A stretch of 64,000 nucleotides of DNA, from the NCBI GenBank assembly GCA_032718475.1, contig JAUCBJ010002641.1:1-64000 (forward strand), given 5' to 3'. The DNA is from Nemertoderma westbladi (taxonomy: Eukaryota > Animalia > Xenacoelomorpha). Numbering within the stretch: position 1 is the first letter of the stretch; the number at the start of each line of letters is the position of its first letter. The notes under the pieces were generated by a model, which was not told the DNA's origin, did not search any database, and worked only from the letters and a program-made list of their open reading frames with translations. Both the position numbers and the translations under genes were made by a program. Positions 37,417 through 51,800 of this stretch are shown one piece after another.

Positions 37417-40231
37417 ACTACTACTACTAGGATCGGCATGCTGCATTGCAGCTGCATTTTTAAGAATGCTGTGCCGGCTTGTCAACAAAATTGCACCGCC
37501 ACAACTCCCTATCACCCATGACATTTGCTAGATCATCCGCATCTTTAAGACCAGTGTCCTTTAAGATGCGTCTCAAGAAAGTCATGGGCTGTCCACCATG
37601 CTTATTCACTCCATGAGGCTGCCAAAGTACAAGATTATGCACTGGCTGGTCCTCACGGCGAAAGCAATGTCCTGCAAAGCGGAGGCGATTTTGTTCTAGT
37701 GTCAAGCTTGGGGGAACCAATGAGACACCTCCAATGTTATATAGTGTCTGGTTGGAGATGTGTGCATTGTACTTGACACAATGAACCCGGCGTAGCATTC
37801 TTGTGAATGTGCCATCCAGAGATTTGGTGTCCTCAGCAGTTAGAGCCCAGCATGGACTCCCGTAGAGGAGTACTGGAACTACTGCTGCTCTAAATAATCG
37901 GACCTTAAGTTTCCGATTAATTCTCGGTGACTTCCAAATCCTGGAAAGCCTATTCAAGGCTGCCCATGCCTTTCCCTTACGTATTCGAAGGTCCTCACCT
38001 GACTTCCGGATCCATGATCCCAGGTAACAGAAGTCGTCGACATGCTCAAGCATACCATCCTTTGAGCTTATGCTCATCCGATCAGAGACTTGCTGAGGAC
38101 TTTCAAAGTTAACTGTCAGAATTTTGGTCTTTCTGGAGTTAATAAAAAGACCAACACTAGAAGCAGCATGTTCTAATGAGCTGAGGAGCCGTTGGGCTCC
38201 CTCTAATGATTCTGAGAGTACTCCTAAGTCATCAGCAAAGTCTAGATCAGTTAGGTACTTGGCAGGATTTCCTCGACTTCTGGAGCCAGTAGGTGGAGTT
38301 ATCATCACCCCATCATCATTATGATGATCTAAGGACATGCGTAGAACATAGTCAACCACAATAATGAATAAGAATGGTGCAAGTGTGTCTCCTTGGAGGA
38401 CGCCCCATAACACTTCGAATGGTTCTGTGTCACCGTCAACAGTAGACACAAATGTTGTCGAACCATCGTATACTGATCTGATTGCTGCAATAATTTCATC
38501 AGGAATCCCATATAATGAAAGTATGCTGAACATACGTGAGCGAGAGACTGAATCAAAGGCCTTGAAGAAGTCAACAAAGATAACAGCCAGATGCCTGTCT
38601 TTCTTTTTTGATAATTCTTCAATTATCCTTCTAAGTGCCAAAATGGGCTCCATGGTCCCACGACCTTTACGGAACCCATTCTGATTTCCACGGAGCAGTC
38701 TCTCAATGGGATCCCTGATGCGATTTAATAGAATCCTATTGTATAGCTTTGCAGCAATTGAGATCAATGAGATTCCCCGAAAAGAACCATAGAGTGTTAG
38801 GTTGCCCTTCTTGGGAACTGGCACCAACTTATTTGTTTTCATTTCTTGTGGGACTCTTGTTGTACGGTACATGTCTACTATGATGGGATAGATGAGCTTT
38901 AAACACTCAGGTATTTTAAAGACCTCAGGGGGAACACCATCTACTCCACTGGCACGATTGGTCTTAATGCTCTTTGCAGCAGCCTTCACTTCTGCAAAGG
39001 AGATATCGCCAATGGGAATATCTGGGAGTACAGACTCAGACACCTTTACTTCTATAAAGTTATCAGGCAATACCCTGTCATTATTGAGGAGTTTTTCAAA
39101 GTGGGCTTTCCAACCATTGAGGCGATCGGCTGGTGATTCTGCCTTAACCTTGGTGGTTGGTTGGCTTTTCCGCCCAGTAAGCAGATTGATCGATTTCCAT
39201 GCCTGGGATGATTGCCTGCTGTCGTCAGCATCATTGATGGCATCAACCTGTTGGTTTATTAGCTCCTGTAGATTAACAGAGTACTGCCTGTTCAGGGACC
39301 TAGATGCAGCCTTAACTGCATTCTTGGCCGCTGTAGTCTGTTTGAGTCGGGACTCTTTCTGCGCCTTATGAAGGTCATTTCGGCACTTTTGAATTTTGTT
39401 GTCAGTCCAGGGGGCCCTTTTCCTGTTTCGAGGGTATACAGGAACTGTTTCTGCAGCTGCTAACTTAACTGCTTCTGTAAAGGCAGTATAGCCCTCACAG
39501 TGATCTGCCGCCTCAGAGGCAAGAGCCTCATACCTGTTGCTCAGCTGTAGTGTGAAGCTGGATCTCACACTTGGCTGTTGCAACAGAGAGGACCAGTCAT
39601 GCCGCGGCAAGGCAGATTTCGTTGTTCTGCTAGCACGCAGACTAAGTCTTACCTTGGCCACAATAAGGCAGTGATCACTGGAGAAGGGTCGAAGTGTAAA
39701 TGCATTACAGTCTTGTATAGAGCTCCTGTATTTCCTACGAAACAGAATATGGTCTATCTGGGACTTGTGACCACTGGGTCCACTATGAGTCCATAGCTTT
39801 CCAGTTCGCTTCTTGAACTGGGTTCCAGCCGAAAACAATCCATTTCCAGAGATAAAATCCTGAAGATGGACAGAATTTCGGTTAACACTATTGCTATAGA
39901 CCCAGGGCGATGTAGGTGATTGATGCAGACTTGCATTAAAGTCTCCCAGGAATGTTAAGAATGCATGCTGATCCACTCCATCAGTAGCTGCTTGTAGATT
40001 GTGGTAGAAATTTTCCACCTCCTCTACAGGGGCAACACTAGTTGGAGAGTAGCACACAATCAGAACCACCTTAGGAAACTTCTTAGCCAGTCTTCCAGAA
40101 CATGAGAAGTGGCAACGGATGATGCGGTTAGAGATTTGGTCTATTTTGTCCAATGCTGCATGTGCAGTTGGATTCATCAATAGACCAATTCCACCATTGC
40201 CACTATCATCTGCTGATGCGAGGGCGAGTCG
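37417..40231 (-). mobile_element. RTE-clade LINE, 5'-truncated within the endonuclease, remaining ORF open (stop at 37460)
   Basis: GIGLL, YSPT, GDFNA, IDHIL, SDH; FRGISL, QNGFR, DFFKAFDSV, GVLQGD, DFADD, YLGS. (TAG)n tail. 28-bp TSD at 37389-37416 and 40232-40259. Confidence 0.92.
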
Positions 40232-40839
40232 CCACAGGAGCAGGGGACGGAGTGTCATTGGTAAATGGTTGGGACAGTAGTCCGGGTGACCCTTGAGACA
40301 TGGCTGGCTGATTAGAGTGTAAGTCGGGTGGAATTGCAGCTTCACCAGGAGCGGAGGAACCGGTGGCTGGAAATGTAATGATGGAACCTGACCCAGGACA
40401 AGTGGTGCCTTCAGTGTTTGTGCAGCTCTCCCTTGGGGTTGACACAGCATAATTTAGAGCAGGTGGTGCATGGGAACTTGAGGGACAGTCCTCCACTGGT
40501 ATCGGTGGGAGGTTGTCCCGGCTCTAGCGGTGCAATTGATTGAGTATGGGTAAGTAAGGGTGGATGAGAGTTCGGGACCAGAGTGGGGTCTCCAATTTGA
40601 TTGTTATCCTGGGAGGATTGGGCTGATTGGATTGGAGGTTGTTTCGGCTCTAGCGGTGAGATTGATTGTGTATGGTTAAGCACGGGTGGGTGAGAATTCG
40701 GAAACTGGGTGGGATCTCCAATTGGAGGTGGTGTAGGTGTCGAGGCCTTCTGTTGATTGGCTGACCAAACTAGAGGGGCATTTATGGAAATATCAGAATA
40801 CAGATCATTACGATGCTTGGAAATGGTAATATCATTGAT

Positions 40840-41437
40840 ATCCTCAAAATCCGATCGTGAGTAACCTTCAATACACCATTTTGCATACCTACAGATATAT
40901 ACCCCACATTGATAGGTGTTGTATTGCACCTTTTGAATGGAGGGATAAACGGTAATTGGGGGGAGGTCCACACTGTAATGAATGGCAACAAGATGCACCC
41001 ATTCTTTGATAGAATCAACAACTGTTTGGTTAGAGCCCCCCACCCAGTGAGTCGAAAAACCAAATTGCTGACTTTAAAGGTGAGTAAACAGCAAGGGTCC
41101 AGTGGCAATTGTTTACATTTATAGGGAAAAATATGAAATCGTTATCAAAAACTGGCACTGAAGCGCCCTTGCTCAGACTCTGTATGTTCTTAAAGCCGCC
41201 TTCTTGAAAGATGTCAACGAAATGAGAGTTAAAAACTCTTGCATGGCCGTTGTATCCTAAACACAAGCTGGATATAACTGCTTCAACAATGTTATCTGTC
41301 AACCAGTTTTGCCCATTTAACGATTCTATATCGTGCCTCGAGAGAGGCAGACCTCCAAATTCGTACATGTCTTCAGATTCGGGAGGTGGGTCTGCTAGAA
41401 GCTCACTATCAGTGAGACTAATGCAGGGTATTTCCAT
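40840..41437 (-). pseudogene. Ulp1/SENP (C48) cysteine protease domain at the N-terminus of the CRE element
   Basis: WLTDNIV, FFPIN..HWTL, FFDSLG, then after a frameshift (~41040) QYNTYQCGVYIC, giving the His-Asp-Cys triad. Confidence 0.85.
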
Positions 41438-42689
41438 GATTGACTAAGTGGGGGGGGGGGGGGGGGGGGGGGGGGCAGTCAATGGTGATTTGTAAATAAA
41501 TTAACCGTACAAAAGCAATACAAATTACTGTTTACAAATTACTGTTTACAAATTACAAATTAAAAATTACAACATGTGTTTACAACAGGCTTAATCGAAA
41601 TAATTACATAAATTAGCTGACAAAATTGCATCAAAACAATAGAGATGGAGCACACAAATAATTATTGGTTGCAGTTAGGGTTATTATGAATGAGGCTATC
41701 TGTAACATTTAAGGCCATTGGGTATGCAGGCAGTTAAGGGATGATCAAAACAAATTAACAAACAAACGAACTGGTGCAAACAGACGAATAAACAGATGCA
41801 AACAAACAACAAGATGCCAGTATATGATGTGTTGACAAACAAACTCAGAACGGGCTGTAAACAAGGCCAACAGACAAACAAACAAACAAACAAGGTGGAC
41901 CCGTTGATTGTCAGGCAATGCAATGGATTTGAACGAATAAATAAATATGAAGCGATTATGAAGCGACACAGGCAGAGCTCTAGGCTACCTGAGATGTTCG
42001 TGGAGGTGGCTTACCCGGCTCTGTGGCTAGACTCGAGGTATACTCGAGGAGGCAGCGGGACTGGAGGCAAACTCGTGGAGGGGGCTGGACTCGAGGCGAA
42101 CTCGTGGTGGCAGCCGGACTCTAGGCAAACTCGTGCTGAATACAGCCGTATTCGCGGTCCCGTGGAGGCAGCTGGACTCGAGGCGAGCTCTTGGAGGCAA
42201 CCAGACTCAAGGCGAGCTTGTGGAGGCAGCGTAGACAAGGTGAACTCGTGCTGGATGCAGGATGCCGCCGTTTACGGGGCGGACTGGTGGTGGCAGCCAG
42301 AGGGGCAACGTAGGCCTATTCTCTGCAATTTGACAGTACCGGTACTTGTTTACAGTATTAGTCAATAAGAAATATCTATTTTTATACTCTCGTAAATAAT
42401 TGTAAAAGTTCAAAGCAAACATTAACGTTAATTAATTAGGTTAATGGTAATGGGGTTCCTTATAACAGTTTGAGACATGTTTATTTTCCCTGATATAGGT
42501 ATAATATTGTACCTAGTAATATATTATAATATACAATATAATATAGTAATATAGTAAATTATTTTTAATGTTGATCATGGTAACACCTCAGGGTGGTGCT
42601 ATGAAATGCTAAGTATTTTCAAGGTGCTTAATTTTACAAGACTCTTACCATAGGAAACTTAAGGTTAATATAAATAATTTTAGCAAATC

Positions 42690-42806
42690 ATACGATAGAT
42701 ATTTTGAAGATAAGTGGAGTTCTGAATTAAAATCGAAACCTAAACTACGTACCTATATTAAATTTAAAAGTATTTTCGGTGCAGAGCAATATGTTTTTAA
42801 TAAGCG
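42690..42806 (+). pseudogene. Short LINE ORF2 C-terminal fragment, target of element D
   Basis: Translates WSSELKSKPKLRTYIKFKSIFGAEQYV, a post-RT motif of APE-type LINEs. Confidence 0.55.
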
Positions 42807-43317
42807 TGTTTGAAAAGTCCAGTAGTAAACCGCTTACCGGATCCTAGTAACGATGTATCTTACCGTCAGACCGTAAGATCCAGTAGTGTATACAGGCTCG
42901 TACAGTATCTGACAATAAATCCCAGTCCAGCGTGTCAAAATAAACAGATACTAAATACGCAAACTACTACTGGCAAGGAACAGAGCCTGGTGTCTATTAT
43001 AATATGTGGGCAAGTCAAATGCCCAGCGAACTAGACAAAACAGGATACCCGTCCTCTAACCGGTGAGGCAGATGTACAGTCTACGGTGACAGACCAAACT
43101 CACAAGGAAACAATCCCCGCGCAGCGAATCCTAACTATCGCTAACAGACCCAAATACCGTAAACTTGCCGCAGTGTGATTTATATGGTTTATATACGAGC
43201 TAGTGGATTAACAGACTAGTGTAACAATACTGACCGTACTAAATCAGTCAAAAGGATGGGTCGTGCCTAAAGTAACAATACTGTTGGCAGAAACAATAGT
43301 CTAATAAGTAAATACTC

Positions 43318-45391
43318 TGTTACGGTATATGGCGCTGTATCCACATTATTAGCCATTATGCAGTATAATATATTAGTCCGTTATACTGTACGCAATATTA
43401 GTCCGTTATACTGTACGCAATATTAGTCCGTTGTGCAGCATAATATTTTAGATAAGGTATAATAGCGAGGTGATATTTAGATAGGGAAATCAAAACGCCC
43501 ATATATTTGAATCCATCCATTTTGTATAAGTATGTAGCCCTACCTACGTAATTTTGTATTAGGATATATGTAGATAGTTCCAGGGTAGCAAGTTTAGTCG
43601 GACCCTGGATTTTGTGCTTGCTGTTATTAGCTATCAATAGGGCTAGCTTATAGGGACGCTGTCCTGGCCATTCAGCAGCCAGGGACATGATCCATTACCA
43701 TATATGGTAATAATTTGAGGTTTGGGCAGCAATAGGGCTACAATCCGGCCTCCTTATTGGACTAACTGCTTCCAGGTTGGTCTAATGCTAGCGCGGACTG
43801 GAGAGCCAATAGGAGAGCGATTGAGTCACCCTATTGCATCACCCCACTCGGATCACCTATAAATTGGCGGTTTGCCGGTAGAGCTGTACCTACAACTCCT
43901 TACCCCAACCTATCACCTCATCTCATTATTCTGTGTACAGTTAGGAGTACAATTTTGCGTATTTCTGCAATTTGCTACCTTTTGATTAATTTCTCGAGAA
44001 TGATTTGCTAGTGCGATTATTCTTGATTGTGTTTCTCAATTAATCCTATCGATTACTGCTAATTACAACCGGAACTATGATTTCTACCTCTTTCGTTAAT
44101 GGTTCTATGTGATTCCTTTCTACGCAATAATCCTACGGGATTTCTGAGACTGTCAGACTTTGTGATTTGCATGCGCCGCTACGGTAGCTATTGCAATAAA
44201 TGGAGGGCTAAGGTGCCAGTAGGCGGTGGGCGCATCGGGGGGTTGAGCGACGAAGGGAGTGCGGAGGATTCAAAGGCGGGCAACGCTGGCGGGGGGTCAA
44301 CGTTGTGGTCGGGCAATTCGCACTGTAGGTAGAGACCGCTCGCTGGTACGGTAATTAGGGGGCTGATGATCCAGGTTTTGTCTCTATTTAGTATTAGGGG
44401 GGCAGGAATTGGGTTAGTTAGGAAGCCTAGATGTACCCGGGAGGGGCCTGCATACCCTACAGTAAATTGCGAATTAGTCAATTGCGAATTATTATGTTGC
44501 GAATTATATAATTGCGGATTGTATAATTGCAAGTTGTACTATTGTGATCTGTGATTGCTGACGCTGATTGGTGTGTTACTGAAGTGTGCCTATGATTATG
44601 AATGCTTAGGTAGGCGCCCCTTTTCTCTTTGATTGATTTCTATTTCTTAGTTACAACAAATAATTACTGATTAGGTCAAAGTAATACGGCATTTTAGGCT
44701 ATTACTAGCGAAACCTGTTGTGTAATAAATTAGAATTATGCATTCTGGAACTCTTAGTAATTAGTGCGCTGTTACATATTTGTGACTGTAATTGATTAGT
44801 AAAATTAAGAATTAGTACGCAGCATAGCGGAGAGTAGCTAAGGTAATAATTTAGAGTACCGTAAACTATTCACGCTGAGCGGTTATTTGCATTAGCGGGC
44901 AATAAGCTAGATCGCAGTAGTCAGTACGCAAGACACTAGTAGTTTGCTGGCCTAAAGCCAGCTGCAGGCAAATTTAGACCCAGAGCGGTATTACCCACGA
45001 AAGACAGTGTACTGTACCAATTTTTTTGATTATTTTAAATATTCTCGCATTCACACATTCCGTTAGGGAATCCCCAGTATTCGCGATTAGAAAAGACGTA
45101 GGCAATAGCGTGCTTCAATAGTAGTAAAATTAGGCGTAAGAATGCTCTGAGTGCAAAGCCTCTCACACTCGTCTTAAGTAAGCTTAGGGAGCCGACTCGG
45201 GTTTATTGTTTTGGTTATTCCCGCGTGGCTCATAGATTCAAACAGTTAACTCTCTATCGAGCGATCGGTAGAGAAAGGAACAAGCGATTTTGCAGGAGCC
45301 GTGTAAATTTAGTAAAATATATTAGCGGACGGCAGATTAGCGCCATCCAACGGTAAGTAGCGGTTTTGTATTTAGCAGCCTTACATTTTAG
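43318..45391 (+). repeat. Element C 5' LTR (lacks the last ~153 bp present in the 3' LTR)
   Basis: Matches 58252-60351, then diverges after TTACATTTTAG. Confidence 0.85.
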
Positions 45392-45825
45392 GTTTTTTTG
45401 GTTTTTTGAATCGCTCAAGTTAGAGAGAGAGTTAGAGAGAGTCGCAACCCGAAAATGTAGCCACGTGCTAGTGGATACATATAATATTTGAAATTAAAAT
45501 TACGTTGATTAGAGCTATATATGCAAAATTGGAATTATTTGGGTGGCAAATTTATTCTGAATATTTTGTATTAGATTCAGAAATTATTTTGTGTCATACC
45601 GGTATTTAATTGCTATAATAGCTATATAATAATATTTTTGTTTAAATATTGTGCTAGTATTTGCTATAACTATACCCCATTAAATTCACATTGCATTGCA
45701 AATTTATTTTGACATTTTGGACCAACTAGTTATTTGACAAATAATTTGACCGTATTTTCAGTTAAATTATAATAATATCTCGAAATTTGCGAGATTTTTG
45801 CCGGAAGGCAAACATTATTTAGACT

Positions 45826-48800
45826 ATGAGTGTCTCAGACAAGGAGGCACTAGAGGACAGCTATGAGACGGCGGCAGGACCGCCGACTGACGATAGCATA
45901 AATATTACTGTTGACGACAATGCCGACTATGACGACGCAGCGAGCGACGCTGACGTAAGTGAACAGGAGGACGAGACAGTGACTAGTGAGGAAGAACAAC
46001 AACCTCAAGTAATAGTATTAGGATCCCCTACCGCTACTGTAGGGAAGGACTGCACAGCAGCCCGGACAGAGGTGAGTGATAGGGAGGGTAGTGTAGCAGA
46101 AGCGAGAGCCCGGAGCCCGGTTTCCAGACCAGTGGTTATGGTAAGTGCCGTGGTCCCAGCGGCTGTTAGAAGTACCCGTAGTTCCCGAAATAATCCTTCA
46201 AGTCCACAGAGTGTGAGTCAGGTAAGCGAGAGAGAACTTGATATCGCGATAAAGAAGAAACTTCGCGCGCATGCCAGACATATAACCCAGACAGCGGACA
46301 AGGTAAGGAAGATGTTAGCTGACTCAGCAAACATCGGAAGGGTAGGGTTAGTAGAGATTAGAAGAGGATATAACTCAGCATTATTCAAACAGACGGAGGA
46401 GCTTGCAGTCCTAGCGAAGAAGGCAGTAGAGTCTCAGTCGAGCGACGTGGCGACGAGGATTTACAACAGGGTTTTAGCAGCCTTGTTGGAGCACCGCGAG
46501 TTATCGGAGCGATTCCGACGAGTTAGGACGGAGAACTGGCTGCTATGGGCATCACAAGCGCAGGCGACTCAGGTGAGTGACGCAGAGTTGAGAGACTTAG
46601 TGGAGCGGGAAGAGATCCAAGATAAAGAAGAGCGCCGTTATCAGAGGGAAGTTACTAGCTGGCTGATGCAGAATGGAGTGGTGGTACCAGGCCAGGTGCT
46701 ACCGACGACGGAGAACATTCAACAGAGGACGTTGACTCCACCCAACGACGCATCCAGAGACAGTGGCGATTCCCAGGTTAGTCACGCACGAGGGAAGGTT
46801 ATATGTGCTAGATCCCTTGTTTCTCACAACTCGGCGGAGGAGAGAAGACGCCGACTGGACGAACAACAGGCGGAAGTTTTGCGTGCATCGGAAGCATGGA
46901 AGGAAGCCTAACGAGAAAGGGAGCGAACACGTAAGTTAGACGCAAAGTTGCGGGAGTTGGAAGAGAAAGGTAAGCGTGAGCAAGCGGAATGCGAACAGAA
47001 GGAACGCAAACTCCAACTTGAACGCGAACTCCAACTTGAACGCGAACAGAAAGAACGCGAACAGAAAGACGCGAACTCTAACTTGAACGCGAACGGGAAG
47101 CGAAGAAACGCGAATTCCAACTTGAACGCGAACGTAAGGAACGCGAACTCGAGATCGAGAAAGAGCGACAAGCGTTGTATGAAGAAAAGGCGCATGTGGA
47201 AGAAGAGAGCGCAGCGAGACAAGCGAGGGAAGAAGAAGAACGTAAACTGGCGCAGTTGGAAAGTGCGAGATTAAGTTTAGAGAGCGAAGAACGGACTAGG
47301 AAGGCGAACGAAATCGCCGAGAAGGGGATGCGAATGATCGAAGAATGTGGGGCGAGTGTAGGGACCGAGTTACGAGAACTGTTCGCACTGCAGAAGGCCG
47401 AACAGGAAGCGAGAACTCCGACTATATGCGAGTCGACGACGACCAGAATTCCTATACCCGGTCCAGCTATTACGAGTACACGGATCGCTAAACCATTCTC
47501 TACATATCGCACGCCAGTTGGTATTAGTGCTTCACCCATCGCCCAGGATCCACGTCATCGGAACACCGCACCACTATACACCAAACGCGACAACGAAGAA
47601 TTTAGAGAAGAAACTCCGGCAGGACGAGTATTAGGCGAACCGAACCCGCGGGTTTGGAATACGCGGACGGAACGCCGACCCAGTTCGACGGAGAACTTCC
47701 GGGTTAAACCGGAAGAGGGATCATATGAGAGACAGCGGATTACTCAGATAGAGCCGACTATACAACAGAACCCTAGCCAGGAATTTATTACGAGGGATGA
47801 GTTAAGTGCTAGTTTAGCGCAAGCTATATCGCCGCACATCCAACCTATAACGGACATGCTTAGTAACCTACGGTTAAAGGAAGCAGCCCAGGTAAGAAGT
47901 AATTCTAACCGAAGTAATTATAGTCAACGAGTACGCATATCGGAGGAAACTATACCACATAGACCTCAGGTAAGGACGCCGGTCCCGAATATCCATAATC
48001 CCAATTTCGAAAACTCAGCCGAGAAATTTATTCAGGACGCTTGGGTCAGGGCCTCAGCACGCAAACCATCGCGAGCGCTAAGGACTGACACCGAATCAAG
48101 CGATGAAGAGGAAGACATGAGACGTCAGAAGTCCCGAAACTATAAGGAAAGAAGGACGGACGCGGAGCAGGTAAGTTCAAATCCCCGGGAAAGGACCAGA
48201 CTTAACAACCCTGCGGAACTAAACCATTTGTTAACCCGGAACGACGCAACCCTTAGGGACATAGGTAAGTTTGCTGCTAGGCAGGGACTGCCGACGCAAC
48301 AACCCCAGAAGTTTATGGGTAACCACAAGCACTGGAGGACTTTCAAAACCTATGTCGACGAGCAGCTAACCAACAGCACCTTTACTCCCAATGAGAAGTT
48401 CAACTATTTGCTTCAGATGCTCCATCGAGAACCTAGAGCCATTGCTGACAACTTCGTCGGCAATGAAAGAGCATTCGAGTTAGCAATGAAGACGCTTAGC
48501 GACATCTACGGGAATAAAACCAAGATGGCGCAGTCGATAGTAGAAGACTTGGGTAAGGGCGGAAGTATTACAACTCCGTTAGTGCTGTTGAACTTAGCGA
48601 ACGCTATTTCGAACGCATTGGACATCTTGAGGACGGTGAATCTACCTCATCATGGTGACCACGCCGAAGTATTAAAGAGCGTAATAAGACGTTTAAACAT
48701 GCGTTATCGACAGAAATGGCGCAAATTAGAGAATAAGTTGGAGGGCCAAGGTAAAGTATTGACACTTCAGCATATTCATGACATGATAGCCACAGACGCA

Positions 48801-51800
48801 GTAGCAGAGATGAAATCAAACTTCTCAGAGGAGAATATGAGGGAGTCTAAACCTGTTACCGGTAAGTCTATGGTAAGTTTTGACGATGACAGGACCACTG
48901 TGACATTTAACTCAGTAGACAGATATAATTCGAGTACCCCAGCCTTTAGATCAGACTCGCGAGTATGGTCAGGTGAGCGGTTAGATAGACCTAGGTTAAA
49001 GCAACAGGAGTTGCCGGATGGATTTGTAGGTTGCCAATACTGTTTACTAAAGGAGGTAAGATCTGACGACCATAAGTTAGATAGTTGCAGACGGTTCAAA
49101 GAATTACATTCGGAACAGAGAAGAGTTCAAGTGCGGACGTTGGACACCTGTTGGGCATGTCTTGCGCCAGGTCATGTACGGCGGCAGTGCCCGAACAGCA
49201 AGGACGGATGCATGGAATGCGGCAGACTACATCACAAGTTGCTACATGCGGATTTCCATACCCCAACGGACCGTTACTTACAGCGAAATCCTCAAAGGAA
49301 GGGGAGCAAAGAACCCGTATCGATAAGGAGAAATACGTACTCTGGCATCGAGCGCGAGAGAAGTGACCTGCCAAGGTTTCACCGCGGACAGTTCATCAAC
49401 CAGCACGCGGACGTATTTATCATCGGCAACGTCGGAAATATTCAGCGTGATTCCGGTAAAGCTTACCGGAGATAAGGGATCGAAGCGAATATATGTGATG
49501 TTGGACACTGCGTCCACATTATCTTATATCGACGAGGAAGTGGCGAGAGCTGTTTCTAGCTTCCAGGACGCCGAGGAGATCCAAATAGAGTTGAAGTCTA
49601 TGCATGGGGTAGGAGACCTCAAGGGACACAGGATATCTGTAGAACTAGATTCCCTACTTCCAAGAGACCAACATACTCGACAAGAACGGAAAGCTTTGCC
49701 ATTGGACGGATTTAAGTGTCTAGCTATGAAGGGATTCGGCAGGCAGTTAGGTAAGGTGCTGCCGATGAGTCCCATAGCACAGGAGTATTTTGATAAACTC
49801 AGAATACCCAGACACCAGGTAGGTTATAGGAATGTTTCTATGTTGATTGGTGCAGAACAGCTGATCGCACACCAGATATGGGAAACGAGACCAGCTAAGC
49901 CGCATGTCAATGGACCACAGGCCCATAGAACCATACTAGGTTGGTATACAAGAGTACCCATGTCTTATGAGTTTATAGGAGGCGACAAGCCAATAGACAG
50001 ATACGATGTAATTACAGCCTATAACTCAACCACCGTTAGTAGAACCACCAGACATAGACGAGTTTAGGAGAACCTGTATTGACCACTATAGTGACTTTAG
50101 CGAGTCGGACGAGGAGTTGATTCCCGATAATGTTAGGTTGTCGGAACCACTTCGCAACGACCGGACAGATAGTGAACCCGAGGACTACTGTTATCAGACC
50201 CGTGGGTCTGGTTCAGCGGCCCACGCTACTTATCTGAGTAACGTTTTGACTTATACCAATATAGTGGAGGGTCAAGTGGCTAAATATCGAGACCTAGACA
50301 TTTTCCAATACAGTGAGGAGGAATTACAGAAGGAATTGATACGCCAGGACCTCGAGACAGGAGCCAGAACCGTCGAATGGCTGGATAGGGACGCAATGGA
50401 ACCCGGTGGATATGACCTAGCCATGTCTACTGATGAGAAACGGTCGCTGGAGATGATGGAAGATACCATACGTCTGCTGCCGACTGGACATTTTGAAGTT
50501 GGAATGTTGTGGCGTCGACAACCACCTAAGTTGGAGAACAACTACAGCTTAGCCTTGAAAAGATTGAACGGAGTAAGGGCTCGGTTGTTAAGGAATCCGG
50601 ACATTAGGGAGAAGTATTGCGCCCAGATCAACAACTATTTCGCCAAGGGATTTGCTGGGAAGGTAGAGGACCCTGACTTAGTGACAGACCAGACTTATTA
50701 CCTTCCACACCACTATGTGACTCACCCTGACAAACCTGACAAAGTCCGAGTAGTCAACGACTGCGCAGCAGTCTATAGAGGTATGTCCCTGAATTCAGAG
50801 TTGATGGATGGTCCCAACCTGAATAACTATATGATAGGAATACTGTTGCGTTTTAGACAGCGGCGATTCGCATTTACTTGTGACATTGAGGCAATGTTCC
50901 ACCAGGTAAGAGCCTGTAAGGCAGACCAGGATAGCCTTCGCTTTCTCTGGTATGAGAATGAAGACTTATCCGGCCCAGTGGTTACATACCAGATGTACGT
51001 TAGGATATTTGGCGCCCGCGATAGTCCAAACGGCACGCTGTTTGTTCTAAAGAAAACGGCAACAGCCCAGATTGGTAAGTATCCAGTAGAAGTGATCGAG
51101 TCCATCTTGAGAAACTTCTATATGGACGACGGATTGGTGTCCAAGGACACAGCAGAGCAAGGAGTGCTTGGCTACAGGGGGATTTCCTCTGACCAAGTTC
51201 ACTACGAACTCGGAGGCCCTATTAGAGTCGTTCCCAGTGAAAGATCGCGGGAGCGGAGACATTGAATTGAGGGTAGAACCCATCCACATGGCGCGAGTAC
51301 TGGGACTCGCTTGGAACCCGAACTCAGATAAGTTCCAGGTAAGAATTAGATTTGAGCCCAGTAGCCCAGACAAAGTTTTGACAAAGAGAATTTGCTTATC
51401 AACTTTGAGTAGACTATTTGACCCGATGAACTTTATCAGTCCGGTAATATTACAGGCACGAGCGTGCATGAGGAAAATTTGGTTGTCCGACTTAGAGTGG
51501 GACGAACCAATATCTCCTATACATGCAAAGCAGTGGAGAGAGTGGGAAGCCGAGTTACATCTATTGAAAAACATAGATGTATCCCGCTCCTACTTTCCGA
51601 ATCAGCTGGTATTCCCAGCTGATCTCGAACTCCACCTATTTAGTGACGCAAGTGACACCGGCTTTGGTATGGTAGCCTACCTTCGCCGAGAGGTAAGTCA
51701 GGACAAGTTTGAGACGGCCTTTGTGACTTCTAGATCAAAGACAATGCCGGTCAAATACATGACTGTCCCTTGTGCAGAGTTACAGGCGGCTGTAGTTTCA

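Larger units (their letters stand above)
35109..41440 (-). mobile_element. CRE-clade non-LTR retrotransposon (Ulp1 protease - zinc finger - RT), degenerate, interrupted by an RTE and a ~0.67-kb insertion (~36563-37236)
   Basis: RT motifs GSAPGPD, GGVRPIAVG..LRRL.AK, QLGFG..GAEAAVH, KIDFSNAFNS, GMQQGDPL and WFLDDG. RIPRGAR linker. The RT is cut at 35109 by the LINE-b tail. Confidence 0.8.

Noticed and set aside
40232-40450. N-terminal extension of the 996-aa RTE ORF
   Set aside because: Lies beyond the 28-bp TSD; it is CRE sequence read in a fortuitous open frame.
41796-42368. 190-aa ORF over (AAAC)n and GC-rich repeats
   Set aside because: Low complexity with no recognisable domain; may be the 5' region of the CRE element but this is unsupported.
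45710-45730. ACA|TTTTGGACC as a PBS for C
   Set aside because: Not preceded by the LTR end defined by the TSD, and I could not match it to a tRNA 3' end.
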